Below are positions 26,392 through 38,600 of a DNA stretch of 64,000 nt, piece after piece. Each line of letters begins with the position of its first letter. Position 1 is the stretch's first letter. A program made the position numbers and the translations under genes. The stretch lies in contig JBLDXI010000015.1 in NCBI GenBank assembly GCA_047495785.1, positions 3,906,001 to 3,970,000 of the forward strand. Reading direction: 5' to 3'. This DNA comes from Lepidodermella squamata. Lineage: Eukaryota; Animalia; Gastrotricha. Under the pieces are notes generated by a model. The model had not been told where the DNA came from and made no database searches. It saw only the letters and a program-made list of their open reading frames with translations.

Positions 26392-28875
26392 TCAGGCTGA
26401 CAGGCGTAGTTTCGGGAAAAGCAAGATGAGGCTCATTGTAGCCGAGTAGGCCAACTCGCCCATCGAAAACGCTAGGTTTTGAATGCACGGAACAACCGAA
26501 CTGCCAACAATCAGCATGATCAGAACAATAGCAATGAACAGAAAATCCGCGTTAACAACTGCAAGTTGGATGAGTTTGCACGTCAAGGCGTGTTCACTAG
26601 GAACTTGCCGCTTGCTAGCGTCATAAGCCAACGTACCAGCGTAGAACAACGCCAAACCGTGGATAACCAACATTGCGCCGATGAAGTATGTCATGTAATC
26701 CGATGAGCAGACTCGTATCGTTGTGTCAAAGTAGTTGTCGCTAACCTCGTCGAACTGAATCTCAGAAACTTGCAGATCAACAGCTGGGGAGTCCACGCCG
26801 TACCAAATAGCGAGAACTACGATGCAAGCTGCGAAAATGACCGCTATACCAGCAATGATGATGAAGTTGATTGTCTTGCGGCTGTGGTGGCATTCTGTAT
26901 CTTCAGCTGAGATTTTCGCCGGTGGAACAGGGCTTGAGCTCGTGACCACAAGGCCGCTCATACTTTCCGCAGGAGTCAGAATTTGTGCCCGCTTCATTGT
27001 CGGCGTATCAGGAGCTAAAACAGCTACCGATGACGCACTCACCGAACTTTTCCCGCTTAGTTTACTCTTACCAGTAGCCTTTGAGTTAACCGAACGCTTC
27101 GAAGAAGACGCCATGCCAGTTCCACTTTTGGCCTTCCGCGGGAAGTTCAGTAGCTTGGTATAGCAGAGCATATGCATTACAATAGTTCCATTTATCCCGC
27201 AGAGTCCAATCACTGATAGAGCAGGCCGCATGACGCATTCCGGTTTCGGGAAATAGTCACTTCCAACCGTTGCAGTCAAAGCAGAGGCGTTGAGAACCCA
27301 GCATGATACGATGAAGAAGCTTTTGTATTTGATTTCAAAGTACAGGTCAGGATCATTCCGCTTGCAAGCGATCAGGAGCAAGCCAAGTTGCCCTAAGGTG
27401 ATGATGAATGCTAAAGCGATCACGACTCCAACAGCCCCATCTCCACATTGAGTTAGACGTTTTTCAATTTCCGACAAATCCTTCGGCGGCTGCCCAGATT
27501 TCGTGAACCAGTTGATCTTGTTGTACTCGATGATTTTGAAGTTGGACAGGTTGAAGAAATTGGCTCCACTAGGCGCGATGAAGTTGAGCCGGAACAAAAT
27601 TCGAGGCCCAGTTGCGGCCATTTGCGACACGTAGACGTCCTCAGCGACTTCGCCTCGGATGTTAAACTTAACTGGGCCGATTCGAAGACCGTGAAACTCA
27701 GATTGCATTGCGCTGGAATTCGCAACCCTTTCAACAACTTGCGGATGTTTGTTGAAGTCTTTCAAAGTCATATTGTGATGATGCCTCAGCCTCGTCTCAG
27801 TTTTATTCAGAGCAACAACCGCAGCCATCATGGCGTCGTGGCAAACGTGGCGAAAGAAGTAGTCTGGAGCCTTCTCCCGTTCCTTTGACGTCTCGTTGAA
27901 CTTCGCCTCAAAGGTCCGATACGTGTATCCTAACGTGGTTGGTGTATCCATTTTCGGCTCAATCGCGTAGGTGAAATAGCCCGAGAAGAATGATATTTTG
28001 AACTGCTCGGCCACCATTTCTTTCGTACACATCGGGTCAGGCATCGTCAGACTGCTCAAATCCGCCGTAATTGCGCAGTACGAGATGTTTATGAAAACGT
28101 AATGAGGCGCCCTGATACCCAACATGTATGTATAACAGAACAGCTTCATGCAAAGAGCAAGGGATAGAATGTTCATCATGATGATCCGGGCGCCACTTTC
28201 TTTCAACGCCCTCACAGAGTCCATTGTTATGTCAAACTCTCGGGTGTAGTAGACAACTTTGATGTTGTTATCAGTTAGGACGGTGTACAATTTTTGAGCC
28301 GTCAAATAGACATTAGCATTTGTTGCATCTGTTATCAGCGCGACCTGTTTCCAACCTCCGAATTTCTGAGCGAGAGCCAAAGCGCCTGGCACAGTATTAT
28401 CCCCCAACATTTGGAGTGAATACAGTGATTGAAATATATTCTTCTTCGAGGCGATGAACGGCCCATGACATTGCTGGGAAAACGTTGTCAAATGAAGTTT
28501 ATGGATCGTATGGGCGGAGCTCTGGCAAGCAACTGTTGGTCCAACCATAACTGGCGACATGTAGGTGCCCTCTGGGATAGGCTTATTCTGGAACGCCATG
28601 ATTCCGGAGTTCGAGAGTTGTGAGCTAGCTGGGCCTTCGTTTTGGATGTCTGGTTCGATCTCGTAGTCGGGAAGAATGTCTCGCTGAGCATTCGCGTAGT
28701 CAACGACGAGCTGCATCGTCGTTGCGCAAGCTGGCAGAGTCGTCTGGCCCTTTGCGTCGAACGGAAGCAGGACCAACATTCGAAGCTTAGGCCTCTTCGC
28801 ATCTGTTGCATTCGGCTCAAATCCCGAAGCCGCAGTTGCGAGAAATGTAAGTATCAAGAATTGTTTTGTGTACAT
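26392..28875 (-). CDS. Intronless class C GPCR (GABA-B receptor-like: Venus flytrap plus 7TM)
   Basis: Signal peptide MYTKQFLILTFLATAASG, then VDYANAQRDILPDY, GWKQVALI, LKESGARIIM and HDAMMAAVVALN. Seven hydrophobic segments ending LFPKL. No cysteine-rich domain. Confidence 0.85.
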   Translation of the reverse strand: MYTKQFLILTFLATAASGFEPNATDAKRPKLRMLVLLPFDAKGQTTLPACATTMQLVVDYANAQRDILPDYEIEPDIQNEGPASSQLSNSGIMAFQNKPIPEGTYMSPVMVGPTVACQSSAHTIHKLHLTTFSQQCHGPFIASKKNIFQSLYSLQMLGDNTVPGALALAQKFGGWKQVALITDATNANVYLTAQKLYTVLTDNNIKVVYYTREFDITMDSVRALKESGARIIMMNILSLALCMKLFCYTYMLGIRAPHYVFINISYCAITADLSSLTMPDPMCTKEMVAEQFKISFFSGYFTYAIEPKMDTPTTLGYTYRTFEAKFNETSKEREKAPDYFFRHVCHDAMMAAVVALNKTETRLRHHHNMTLKDFNKHPQVVERVANSSAMQSEFHGLRIGPVKFNIRGEVAEDVYVSQMAATGPRILFRLNFIAPSGANFFNLSNFKIIEYNKINWFTKSGQPPKDLSEIEKRLTQCGDGAVGVVIALAFIITLGQLGLLLIACKRNDPDLYFEIKYKSFFIVSCWVLNASALTATVGSDYFPKPECVMRPALSVIGLCGINGTIVMHMLCYTKLLNFPRKAKSGTGMASSSKRSVNSKATGKSKLSGKSSVSASSVAVLAPDTPTMKRAQILTPAESMSGLVVTSSSPVPPAKISAEDTECHHSRKTINFIIIAGIAVIFAACIVVLAIWYGVDSPAVDLQVSEIQFDEVSDNYFDTTIRVCSSDYMTYFIGAMLVIHGLALFYAGTLAYDASKRQVPSEHALTCKLIQLAVVNADFLFIAIVLIMLIVGSSVVPCIQNLAFSMGELAYSATMSLILLFPKLRLSA

Positions 28876-29594
28876 ATGAAGTGGTTTGAAAATCAAAATG
28901 AAAATCTTGGAACTGCTGGTTCCAGTACAGCTCCGGGGGTATTTATGCAGCAAGTTTTTGCGGCTGATTAAATTCGAGTTAATAAAACAAATGCATTTTT
29001 TCAGGTTCAAAGACTTTTCAACATTGTAATCACAATTTTCCTTGATTAGTTAAGCTGGAGACATTATGTACAAAGATTAACGCATTTTAATGTGGGTGTA
29101 TTTCAATTTTTGGCTGGTTTTTCTTAGCAAACGCTCAATTAGCTGTAAGTAAACTGTCGGATGAACATGTTTACAGCATGAAACAGCTTCTTATAGTGTA
29201 CAAAGTGACTGTAAGAATGTCTGTTTATCAACACTAAAACTGATGACTTTGAAAACGAAGACTTTTTAGGGGGGGGGGGGGGGGGGAGTTTAATCGAGAT
29301 CATTCTCAGCTGGGTCGAGTCGATGCGTGGATCAAGGATGATTAAAAAAATTTGAAACGAACACGAGGGAACATGAATACTGGCTACGAATGTCCCCACT
29401 GTTCAATTTCTAATAGCTGTCCAATGAACAAGAAGAATTTCCCAGGGCATTTGAAATGCTTGAACCTTGTTCATTCCTTGATACATGCTGAATAAGGCTT
29501 TCCTGCTGGATGTCTGAAACTCGAAAGTAGAATCGCTTCACATTTTTTTTACTTCGATTGACAATATAAACGGTAACAATAATAAAAATTTGAA

Positions 29595-32500
29595 CTACCA
29601 AGCCGAGTCTAATTCGTCTTGTACCATAATTCTCCAGCCGACATTTTGGTGCCCATAAGACTGAAAAAGATTATAGCCTTAGGAATAATTTGAGTTTAAT
29701 GCATCAACTTACCATGTAGTACACATAGTCCGGTGTGTTATTATCCGGGGTCCAATTGACGACTCCGATTGTGCCTGGTGGATCGCAAACGACACTCAAA
29801 TTCTTCGCGAATTCCTTATACGTCGAGGCGTCAACCGAACGGTCAATGTAGCCAGGGGTTTCATGACACTTGTCCGTATAGACACATCGTTTACCAACTG
29901 TTATCAAAACGTTGCTAAAAGTTAATATTTAACAAAAAGATTTCTACCTGAAGTCTCGTCAGGGTATCCATTCACTAAACCAGCATAAACCGTGGTTCTG
30001 GCCCGTTGATCCTGGGTAAATTGCTCATATCCTCCAGTTGAATCGCTGGTGATGTAGAACGCATTCTCGCGACCAGTCGCCGTGAAGAAAAGATATTCGG
30101 AAAACCTTCGAACAATGATTTCTGGAGCTGGGAAGCCATTCACATAAAATATGAGATCAGCCGGTTGCCGGCCAGTGTAAGCAGAGTAGCCTCGTTTCCC
30201 TCCATTCGGCCCCAAAGTAACCACAAAAACCCAGTTTCGAACCGGAGAAAGATCCGGCCATGGCCTGATCATCGGTGCCGTTATACTTGTGGTTGTTGAA
30301 GTCGTTGAGGTCGTTGTCGAAGTCGTAGTGATTGGCTGGATAAAGCTGACTCCAGTGCACTGAGAGAAATCATTTGTTCCCTTGCCAAAATCAACCAAGA
30401 ATCCATTAGCAGATTCTTTAACATCCTCTATCGATTTTGTCGGGCGCTGAAAGATGAGTTCATCCAGATCTCGACGTAACGACCCTATCGCCCACACGAT
30501 GTTCTGAGCGACGCCTGGTTTGATCCTCCGATCTTCGAGTGGCTCCTGATGCTTGAACAAATAAAGTTTCCGGACAAATGAAACCTCGAAAGCAATCGAA
30601 TCGTCGGGCTGAGTTGAATTGGACCATCTAACTAGGTCAAGGTCATTTGAACCCGAGTCGACGCACAGGCCTTGCCGCCCGGATCCAGATTCCGTCGAGC
30701 ACTCAAATGGCCGGCCAATGACTACCAAATCTACAACTTTTACTCGATTTTCGACTTCGTCAAAGTAAGCAGCCCAAATGTCAGAGCCATTCAGATCAGA
30801 CTTCCAAGGGCTTCCACTCAAGCCAAATGCGACATATTCATTTGTTCCTAAAAATGAATTGAATTCCAAATTTCAGTTTTATAAGTGAGCTTACCAATAG
30901 AAAACAAGTAATGAATAAGAACATGACTGGAATTGAGGACTTTCCATCTAACTTCGAATCGGTCGTCAAAATGTTCGCAGCCATCCACCTTGAAAAAGAA
31001 ATAACAAATTGATGAGAATTGCGCAAAAGTGCATTACCGTAGCAATATTTTGAAGGTTCTCTTCTTTAGGAATCGCATCGCCTGAAGCTGTTTTAGTCTT
31101 CGCATCAGGACGGATGAACAATTGGGCCAAGCTCTGATCGTCAACTGGTGAGAATAAGGCCAAATACTTCGCGAGTCTCAACGAAGGACTCGACTTGGGT
31201 AGATGTACAAGGAGATTGGTTTTATTACTAAATTTTATCGGCTGCACTTTTTGATTGTTCACTGACTGATTGGTTGGTGTGAATTCGTTGTAAGGCAAAG
31301 GATAGCCGAACTGGCTTGGTACATCGCCGGTTCCTGTCCAGAAAAACGTCGGCCCAGTCTCGTTGGTTGTCCGGAAGGAGAATTTGTCGATTTTGAGAGT
31401 TCTAGAATTGACAGCCGTCACTAAACCAGTCACATTAGCACCGGATGGGCGGAACATTCCGAGGACAACTGACGATGGGGATCTGAAGCCCTTCGGGACC
31501 AAAACGCTGCCGAGATCGGTTTCAGTTAGCCGATTCCAAACTGAAAACCATCTCATATTCGCCGTTGTTATACCCTTCGGAAGTCGTAGAACAATGACGG
31601 AATCGTTGTAAGAATTTAGCATTGAATAACTACCAAACTCATTCGCAACCTGGATACAACCCTTGTGAGGCGACGGCATGTCCAAATCTTTCGAGGTTAG
31701 GAAATACGTCCCTGGTGCTAGACCATCGAATGTGAAACCAACAATCGCGAGGGTTGTCAACGAAGCTGCGAAAACTTTCCCGGTCGCTGGGGCTGTGATC
31801 AAATCTTGCTTTGCAGATCTTGGTACTGCAAGTGACCACGGGTCGTAGGTTGGTTTCGTCACCACAGGGTAATCGATCGACAGTTCTCCAATATAAATCC
31901 CGTAGTAAGGCTCTTCCAGCAAATCCGGGCCCATAGTCACTCGAAACTCGGTTGGGGAATTTGTTGGCAAGACAACTGAGACAGGATTCAATTCCGGTAA
32001 CTTAGGCTCGTGTGCGGTTTTCGTAACATTTTCTGTTGTGTTAGTTTCGGAAACTGTCCGGTTCTGGGTGAAAAATACGTCAACAACCGTGCTGTAAGTC
32101 AACGTAGTCAGATCGATAGTTCTATTTCGATCAGATGCAGTTACATTCATTATCATAATCGGAGTCGTTCCGTTTACAATTTTCAATTTCGTAGATTGAG
32201 TTGAAGTTGCGCTAGAACTGGACTGTTTCGTGCTTCGCGATGTTGTCGGTCTCGTCCTCACGGAAGTAGTAACTGTTGTCGAGCTAGTCGATGCTTGTGT
32301 CGGTCTCGTTCTTATCGAAGAGGTAGTGGTTATAGAAGCAGGAGGCGTTTTCGTTCTATTGGTAAGTTGAGGCACGCCTAAGCCTCGGCTCGGGTGGTAT
32401 TTCCCAGGCTTCTTCGACCCAACTTGATAGCTAGCAGTTGTCGTCGTTCGTTTGGTGAACTTACTGATCGGAGCGATCGACGAGCCAGGTGTCCTCAGCT

Positions 32501-34794
32501 TCGACGTTGTAGTAGTAGTGGCTGCGGAAGTTGAAGTAGTCGACGTCGAGCTAGTAGTGGAAGTCGTTGTCGTTGTTGTTGATGCCGTTGTAGTAGTAGT
32601 AGCTGTAGTCTCAGGCCTTGGTGTTGTAGTTGTAGTTAAGCTACTTCTCGATGTCTTAGCAAGAGTCGAAAATCGTGGTCCAGTAACTTTGAAGTATTCC
32701 CCAGGCCTGATTGGCCCCCACTCTCTTGAATCCAATTCACCTTGCGGCTCACTTGTGGTGGAAGCAAACACCTGAACTGGAACCGTTGTCGACCCTGCAG
32801 TTGTTTCAGTCCTAGTCGGAACAAATACGCGAGTCGTTGAAAGAGCCGTTGTCGACCGTGTGGTTATTGGCACTGTAGTCATCTCCAGTGGTAAACCAGT
32901 TGATGTTACCATCGCCGTTGAAGGGAGTAAGGAGGTGTCCAGACTTGTAACTACTTTCAGCTGCAGCATAAATCCTTTCCTCAGACCACCCTCGGTCGTA
33001 ACTCGCCGACCCGCCAGAGCGACCCAGCTAGCTTTCCTGCTATCAGGTGTGGTCGGCGTAGTTAATCCCAACTTCTTCGCGTAGTACTGGTGCCGCTTAG
33101 GTATGGTACTTTTCATCATAGGCCGCCGTGTTGTGCGCGGTAGGTCGACTTTCTTCGGTGTCGTTAGTAGTCGGGTGGGTTTAGCGGTTCTCGTCCTCAG
33201 TGTAGGCGGCGACCACGTGACTCCCGGCATTACCGACCCAGCTGCATCGGTCATGGTACACTCCCAGAAAGGCTCAGCCCAGAAGTCGACCGAAATGATT
33301 TCATTTACCAACTTGCGATGAACCAGCAAGTTATCAAGAGCCTCAGCATCGTCCCTATTAGCCAATGGACCAGCAGCCCAGACGACAGGTATGTGGCCAT
33401 GTTTTATCGGCCGATATCCATCATAAGCGAAACTGCCGTCGTCGACCAGCCAGCTGAAATGAGCGCTTACAATCCCGGATTGAACAAGGGTCCATCGAAC
33501 GGCTAGGGGTGAGTCGACCTCGCATGTCCCTTCGCCTTCTTTACACATTGTTTTAGCGGATATGTAGTAATGCCGCAGGGTGATGTTGTCGTCATTCGCT
33601 CGGGACAAAATGACTGGGGCAGATCCTACCATTTGAACCGTCTCAGTCGAACCACTCTGGCCAAATGCAAACCACCAACCAGGTTCTAGGTACATTTTTT
33701 AGGGATTTTCAAAAAACGAAGCTTTCATTTTACTCACCTAATTTCAGAGTATATCGAACCGCGATTGTTTGGTTATCAGGCTCGACTCGCCATCCTATTT
33801 CGAAGTCATCATTAAGTCTGAGGCAGTGATCAACATCTGTCGCTTCATCGTCTTCAAGGACTCGATGGGCGCTTGGTACATCGTCATGCGGCGGGTCGAA
33901 TACGTATGGCACTGTCGGAATATTTTCCCGCCTCGTCAGCGATGTGCCTTTGTTTAAATAAATTTTTTAAAAATTCGGAAAAAATTCAAAATATTTACAG
34001 GTCCAAAAACCAGCGTCTCCAAAGTCGATAACTATCGGATCTGTAAAAATTCGAAAAATGTCCTTAAAGCTGGGAAATAGGTCAAGGAGCTTACTGTGAA
34101 GTCGATTGGGTCCATGGTAGAGAGGTCCCCCTCGCCATCTTCCTGATGCCCATATTAAGGACTGGAATGTCCCTGGCCTAATGGGCGTGTCATTTGGGTT
34201 GACTGAAATAGTTAATTAAAAAATAAGAGCAATGCAATTTTTTTGAAAATTCCAGCTTAAAATTTACCTCCTAAAAGATGGCGCCTTAACCTCACGAAGA
34301 CTTCTCGGCCGCGCACCCGTGTTAAGCTGACTTCTAAATTGTCGCTTTTGTCCGGGCATACACCAAGACCAGCTGCGGTGCAGGTTGATTGAGTTTCTCG
34401 GATTTTATAGCTCGCAACTGATACTGTCATGCCGTTGTGAGTTATCATCGCCAGAACATCAGATCCAACCATGGCCATACTGTCGACTTCATCGTTAAGG
34501 CCGAGGGCGAAATAGTGATCGGCATCAAAGGACAAAGAGAATTCGAAAACGACGTAGGGCCCACTGCCTGAGTCATCTCGAGGCATGATCGCCCAGCCAA
34601 CCTCGAATTCATCTTTCAATTTTACGCATGATTGAATCTGAGCGAAAATATTTAAAAAAAATTAGTTGAGCTTATGAAATTATTAGACAAACCGGGTGAT
34701 TTTCTGGGTCCCAGGTCTCATCGCTGACAAGCCGGGCGATAGTTTCCGCGACGAAGAGAAGGAGGCTCGTGATCAGGCTTTTACTTATCCGCAT
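29595..34794 (-). CDS. Secreted DOMON/DM13 (Skeletor/knickkopf-like) protein with a large Thr/Ser mucin-like insert; multi-exon
   Basis: Signal peptide MRISKSLITSLLLFVAETIA. DOMON motifs YFALG..MVGSD, WWFAFG..MVGS and YVAFGLSG..GSD. DM13 motifs LRLPKG..WFSVW..DLGSV and FFWTG. Skeletor tail GKRGYSAYTG, YVNGFPAPEI, WTPDNNTPDYVYY, SYGHQNVGWRI. Confidence 0.8.
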
Positions 34795-35621
34795 CGTTGT
34801 GTTTCGATATTGTTTGTTTCTCTTCAAAACAATGCGTCATTCATTACGCTCATGCACTGCCTAGGAAACACGAAACTTTTTGGTGATGACAGTTAGTGAC
34901 CGGTCAACAAAAAGTCACGCCAAAATTGGCAGGCAGCACAGGTGAGGTGAATGGCCATTACTCGACACTATAAACTGCGCCAAATATTTGCTCGCGCAAT
35001 GATATAAAAATCGCGCGCGCGTTTGGCACGTTTCGTTGGCTATCTTGCGAAAAAAGCATTTTATAGGCGCGTTTACAATGTTTGCGAATCACAACGCAGA
35101 AAAATGAACGAATTCACATGCTCACGATTCGCTAACAATTCGTTTAGCAAACATTTAAACTGATGAGAGTTATACATGACTGTGCTTTGAACACCCTGCG
35201 TAAAACATGACACTAAAAACAGCAATAAATGGTGGGAAATGACACGTTTCAGCATTCATCTACTTAATGAATAGCATCGAGGTACCATCACCTTGAATCA
35301 GCTTGCGACCATACGAGTTCGTATTTTAAATCCTTCTGGAGACATTTTTGAAATGTCCCTAATTTTGGTACAAATCATTTATAATTGACTCATAAACACC
35401 CTGAAAGCTTTTGCCGCGCTTTTGGAAAAAAATAGGACAACATCGCGGTATTTTTTGCCCTGGTTATTTGTTCAAACTTGTTTACGCCAATTTTCGCACC
35501 GTAAATTTTAAATTTCAATACATCTCAGAATTCCGAACACAGCAAGCATTTTAGGTTTATTTCCATACTCATTTAAAATCGATACAGCAAAGAGAAAACG
35601 AAGCGACGATGCCGGTTTATA

Positions 35622-38600
35622 TCACGCGTAGAGTAGCGCTGATGATGCTATCAGAATCAAAATTGTATTCGCACCGTGAATGCTCGGTCCATGGCCCCAA
35701 ATTGGCTTCGCGTAAACTACCTGAAAAAACTCAGTAGCTTTGTACCACAACGATGAGCTGTTATCACTAACTTCTAAGGGCTTCGAGCCCGGCCATAGAC
35801 ACCGCGGTGAATCATTCGATCCCTTGCAAGTCAAGCAGACGTAATTGGCTTCGCAGACGTTTTCTCGATTAAGAGGGCAATTTCCGCCCTTGGGAATCGG
35901 GTCATTTCGAGCGCATGTTGTAGCCGTTGTGTTTTGCTCGGTTTTATACGTCTTGTAAACATAGCCTGATTGGCACTGGCAAGTTCCGGAAACGCATTGA
36001 GACCTATAATAAAACCAAATAAAAAATCAAGAATAAAAAAAACTAAAATTAAATTAAAATAATGAAAATTATTAATTAATTGATTAATTTAACAATATTT
36101 AAAATATTTGTGACCTGTCCAATAAACTGCAGTCGACATCGCTGGTACAGGAATCCCCGTACTGAGTTGGCCGGCACGAGTAATCGGACTCTTTGATCGA
36201 CCCAGGGGGACATACGCACATACCTTAAAAATGGGTTTTTTTCATCGATATGAAAATTGACAAAAATTACCATTGCGGCATGTCAAATCGTAGTAGCATT
36301 CATTCGGGAAGCTGCATTGTTCGCCGAAAATTTTAGTTGCCGTTTCACTAGCGCACCGATTCAAAGGACCGCGCTTATAACCATCCTGTGAATAAATCAA
36401 GAATTTATATCAATTAACACTTTAAATGCCAAAAATAGACTGCGAGGTCCGATATTTGGGTCTAATTCCTGGGTCTGTCAAAAAGTCTTTTTTTTCGGGT
36501 CAACGATGCGTCGAAGGGCGAAATGCCTGACGGCAAAGTGTAGGCCATGACCTGGCGGTTCTTTTGACACTGAATTCGGGGCCACAAGGTCTGAGCAGGT
36601 CATTGAAAATGACAGTGAAATAACGTCGAAAATTTTGGATTAGAGCCAAAAATCAGACCCAAGAATTGGACCTAATTATTAGACCCAGATTATGGCGCAA
36701 CAATCGAAATTTCACTGTTTTTCAAGTTTGATTTCTGTGCGTTCCTTGAAGTCTTTGGCCCCAAATTCGGTGTCAAAAGAACCGCCAGGTCATGGCCTAC
36801 ACTTTGCCGTCAGGCATTTCGCCCTTCGACGCATCGTTGACCCGAAAAAAAAGACTTTTTGACAGACCCAGGAATTAGACCCAAATATCGGACCTCGCAG
36901 TCTATTTTTGGCATTTAAAGTGTTAAAGGCTAATTATGGTCATTATACTTGACATGTGCAAACGCCCTCCGTTGAACAGAATGAATTATCGGAACAGGCG
37001 ACGTCAACAGTGTCGCATCTTTCGCCAACCCGTCGCGGTTGTTGGCACCGTCCGTTGATTAAACGATAGCCCTTGCTGCAGATGCAAGTGCCGGATGAGC
37101 ACTGGTATGAAACCAGGTCGCAGTTCGTGTTGGCAACTGTACATTGCGTCCCGGTTTGGCAGGTCCCCCCAACGCCGATTCCACTCGACTCCGTTTGATC
37201 GCAAGAATACCCGGTATAGCCGGCATTACAGGTACAAACATTCTAAAAAATCAATAATTTATAGCAACAATTCCCGATTTTATAGTTTCATGACTTACAG
37301 AGCCTGTGCACCGGCCGTACAAACATTCTGAAAAAATATCGGAAAATTCGAAAAATTCAAATTTTAGATTTTACACTCACTTTGAGTACAAGCCGGAGTT
37401 GCGCAACCGACACCAGCCCAGCCACTTCGGCATTTACAAACCTCAGGCGCGACACAGTCCCTATAATTTTCATGAAAATCTTTGAATGGAAGGATGAAAG
37501 ATGATTTTTCTTACCCATTCACGCCACAGTCGACGGAGCAAATCGGCTTACAGCCGTCGCCACCGTAGCCATTATCTGAGGTAAATAACTTAGATCTCGA
37601 CATTTTGATTTAACAAGATTTTACGAACTGCATGTGCATTCATCTGGAGCCGTGCACCGGCCGTTAGTTCCGCATCCTCCCGAACAAATCGGAGTAGCGC
37701 ACTGTAAACCGCTCCATTTCTCGTTGCAGACGCATCGACCAGCTGAGGCTGAGCATGCCCCACGGCCGTCGTCGAACCCGCAATCGCTATCAGTGCTGCA
37801 AGTACGGGCGGGAGGAGGTGGGGGAGGTGGTCGAACTGTTGGCGATGGCGCGGGGTTACTGCCAGTCTGGCACGTTGATCCCGAAAACCCAGTCCCTGCC
37901 AATCATAGAATCTATAAAACGTGGACGTCAGGTTGCACTTGAATCCTTACTGCAGGTACATGTGTTAGGTCCAGTGCAAGTTCCGCCATTCCTACACGCA
38001 GTCGTACATGTAAATGTTTCTGCGGTATAAGAAAATCGTAAGAAATAAGGCCAATAAATAAGCAGGAAATTACCGCATTTTGTGCCAGTCCAACCGCGAA
38101 CGCAAGAACAATCACCAGATTCTAGGATAGTTCCGCCATTTTGGCAATCATCTGACAAAATTTTATTAAAATTTCCGCCGATTTTGTTTCGAAATTTTAA
38201 GGACTTACTGACGACTTGAGAGCTGTCGTAGGTCTCGCAACGTTGCCCGCTGTAACCTGGCCGGCAAACGCAAAAGTTAGGGCCCTGGCAGGTACCTCCG
38301 TTACGGCAAGTTGGATTGCAAGCTGAAAATAAAAAAAAGATTAGTCAAAAATTCAAAAAATATTTGATTAGCTCGCCTCCTCGATTCGGCTCAGGGCAAC
38401 CATATGCAGAGCTGAAAAATACAGTGTAATTTGCAAAATTTCCATGTTTCAAATTCTCTAACTTGATTGCGCTGATGTCGCCGTAAGACAAGCCAAATCG
38501 TTGGCCCATCAGCCGCGATTGAGGCGTATCGGCGCTAGCTGTAATAGTTTGTTGTTGCGCGTCCACAGCGTAAGCGAAAGGTCCGAAATGGGTCACAGAG

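Noticed and set aside
25485-26400. Short ORFs between the NHR gene and the GPCR
   Set aside because: No recognisable domain, and I could not build a consistent spliced model.
29269-29286. Poly-G run and other microsatellites (e.g. TG repeat near 63350, cgataat repeat near 15354)
   Set aside because: Simple repeats with no evidence of function.
29410-29601. ORF as a transmembrane tail of the DOMON gene
   Set aside because: The spliced frame (SYGHQNVGWRI) stops at 29595, and this ORF is in a different frame.
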